Translations under genes and position numbers: made by a program
Notes under the pieces: generated by a model
Database searches by the model: none
Seen by the model: the letters and a program-made list of their open reading frames with translations, nothing else
What the model was told of the DNA's origin: nothing
Shown here: positions 62,490 through 64,000 of the stretch, in pieces
How positions within the stretch are numbered: position 1 is the first letter of the stretch
Layout: each line of letters opens with the position of its first letter
Assembly (NCBI GenBank): GCA_963575745.1
Contig: CAUYUJ010000114.1
Span: 868,001 to 932,000, forward strand
Length of the DNA: 64,000 bases
Reading direction: 5' to 3'
Source of the DNA: Prorocentrum cordatum
Taxonomy: Eukaryota

Positions 62490-64000
62490 GAAAAGAAACA
62501 AACATGGATGTTGGAGACTGTTGCAGAAAAAGCTGATATTGAGTCACAAGCTATCCGCAAGGGAACAAAGGTGCATGTCTTCAATATCTTGGAGTTATCT
62601 TCAGTCAAACATGAGGAACTTCCTCCTGATCTACGTAAATTCAAGGGCAGAGTGGTGGTTCAGGGCAATACAGGCAAAGATGAAACTGGTTTGGCCGCCA
62701 TATTCGCCGACGCCGCTTCCAGTGCTTCGCATATAGAGGCTTCCAAACTTTGCGATGCTACTGCGTTATTGCCGCAATATGCGGGAGAGCAAAGTGACGC
62801 ACCTGGAGCCTACACGCAGGCATTACTATACGGCGACGGACGAATTGATCCAGTTGATACTTGGATTACTATACCTAAATGGCGACAACCGACATCATGG
62901 TCAAAATACAAGAACCCAGTGTGCCGATTGCGATTGGCACTATACGGACACCCTCTCGCAGGTGTCTTTTGGGAACGAAAATGCCGCACATGCTTGGAAA
63001 GCGTCGGTTTCGAGCCTATTTCAGGATGGGAATGCGTATGGAGACACAACAAACTGGGACTGATACTTTCAGTATATGTGGACGATTTTAAATTGGCCGG
63101 CCCAGCTCATAATCTACAGACTGGCTGGGATTATATTCGCAAAAGCGGTATCGATTTGGATCCACCTACCCCATACTCACAATATTTGGGTTGTGGACAA
63201 CAAGCATATGATGTACCGCAGAACATCTTCGACAAAAGAATGTCCACAATACGCCCTATGCTACCTGCACACAATGAGAAAGATTACAATACGGCCAAAC
63301 ACGTTCGTGGTATTCGACATGATTTGCTTGGTTTTACAGATCAGTGTATTGAGCGATACCTGGAATGCGCCTCCAAGCGCGCCCAGGGAGCAGGGTCGCG
63401 TCGGAAACGATCCGACTCGCCGAGGGCTTCGCGATCCAAATCGCCATCCTCCTCCGGGTCGGTCGCCAGACCTACCAGTGTGCTCAATGCACGGCCGCGA
63501 TCATCCAGTCCAGCAAAATCGGTCGACACGACATCTACCAATACCATGCCCGCCACATACCATGACCTACCCGACGCAGAGACCCCTGGCATCGGGGACA
63601 CCTCCTTCACTGAGTCCGACTATTCAGACGAGGGCATCCTCGGCCAGGACGCGGCAAGTGTACTAATGAAGATCCTGTACTTGGCACGTTGCTGTCGCTT
63701 CGATCTTCTACATCCGGTATGTATGTTGGCCAGAGAAATTACCAAATGGAATGCTACATGTGACAAACGTCTACATCGGTTGATATGCTACATCAAAACG
63801 ACGCGTACACATTGCTTACACGGATGGATAGGCGATTCGTCAGACAAGTTATCCATCATGCTCTTTACTGACGCCTCGTTCGCTGGTTGCATTACATCAT
63901 CCAAATCCACTACCGGTGTTTTTGCTGCGCTTGTTGGACCCAATACATTCTTTCCAGTCAACGCTGTATGTAAGAAACAAACGGTTGTTTCACATTCATC
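62490..64000 (+). CDS. Copia reverse transcriptase and start of RNase H (open to window edge; absent from the ORF track)
   Basis: Manual translation in the integrase frame after the TAG gives KFKGRVVVQGN, QSDAPGAYTQA, LALYGHPLAG, SVYVDDF (YVDD 63075-63086), LYLARCCRFDL, LFTDASFAG, KSTTG and KKQTVVSHS. Confidence 0.93.

Larger units (their letters stand above)
55061..64000 (+). mobile_element. Ty1/copia LTR retrotransposon, young, truncated by the window edge
   Basis: Domain order gag-PR-IN-RT-RNase H is diagnostic of Ty1/copia. Only two in-frame stops and one frameshift occur over ~7.6 kb of coding sequence. The 5' boundary is tentative. Confidence 0.93.

Overview
This is repeat-dominated, GC-rich eukaryotic DNA with no recognisable host gene. 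A perfect 22-nt dinoflagellate spliced leader (DinoSL) points to a dinoflagellate nuclear genome. Three retroelements are supported. (1) A full-length but mutated non-LTR (LINE) element at 27142-32155 begins exactly with the DinoSL and lies inside a (GGA)n microsatellite; it has ORF1 and an APE endonuclease-RT-CCHC ORF2. (2) An old Ty1/copia element at 45028-49567 has two ~143-bp LTRs ending in GA rather than CA and a perfect 5-bp TSD (TTCTG). (3) A young Ty1/copia element runs from ~55061 off the right edge, with three CCCH zinc fingers and an RS-rich domain in place of the usual CCHC knuckle, and a half-tRNA-type primer site. The rest consists of non-autonomous TIR elements (8-bp and 5-bp TSD families), Helitron/Helitron2-like ends, foldbacks, mini- and microsatellites. 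Most ORFs in the track are artefacts of simple repeats and high GC. Coordinates were counted by eye, and repeat boundaries are approximate.
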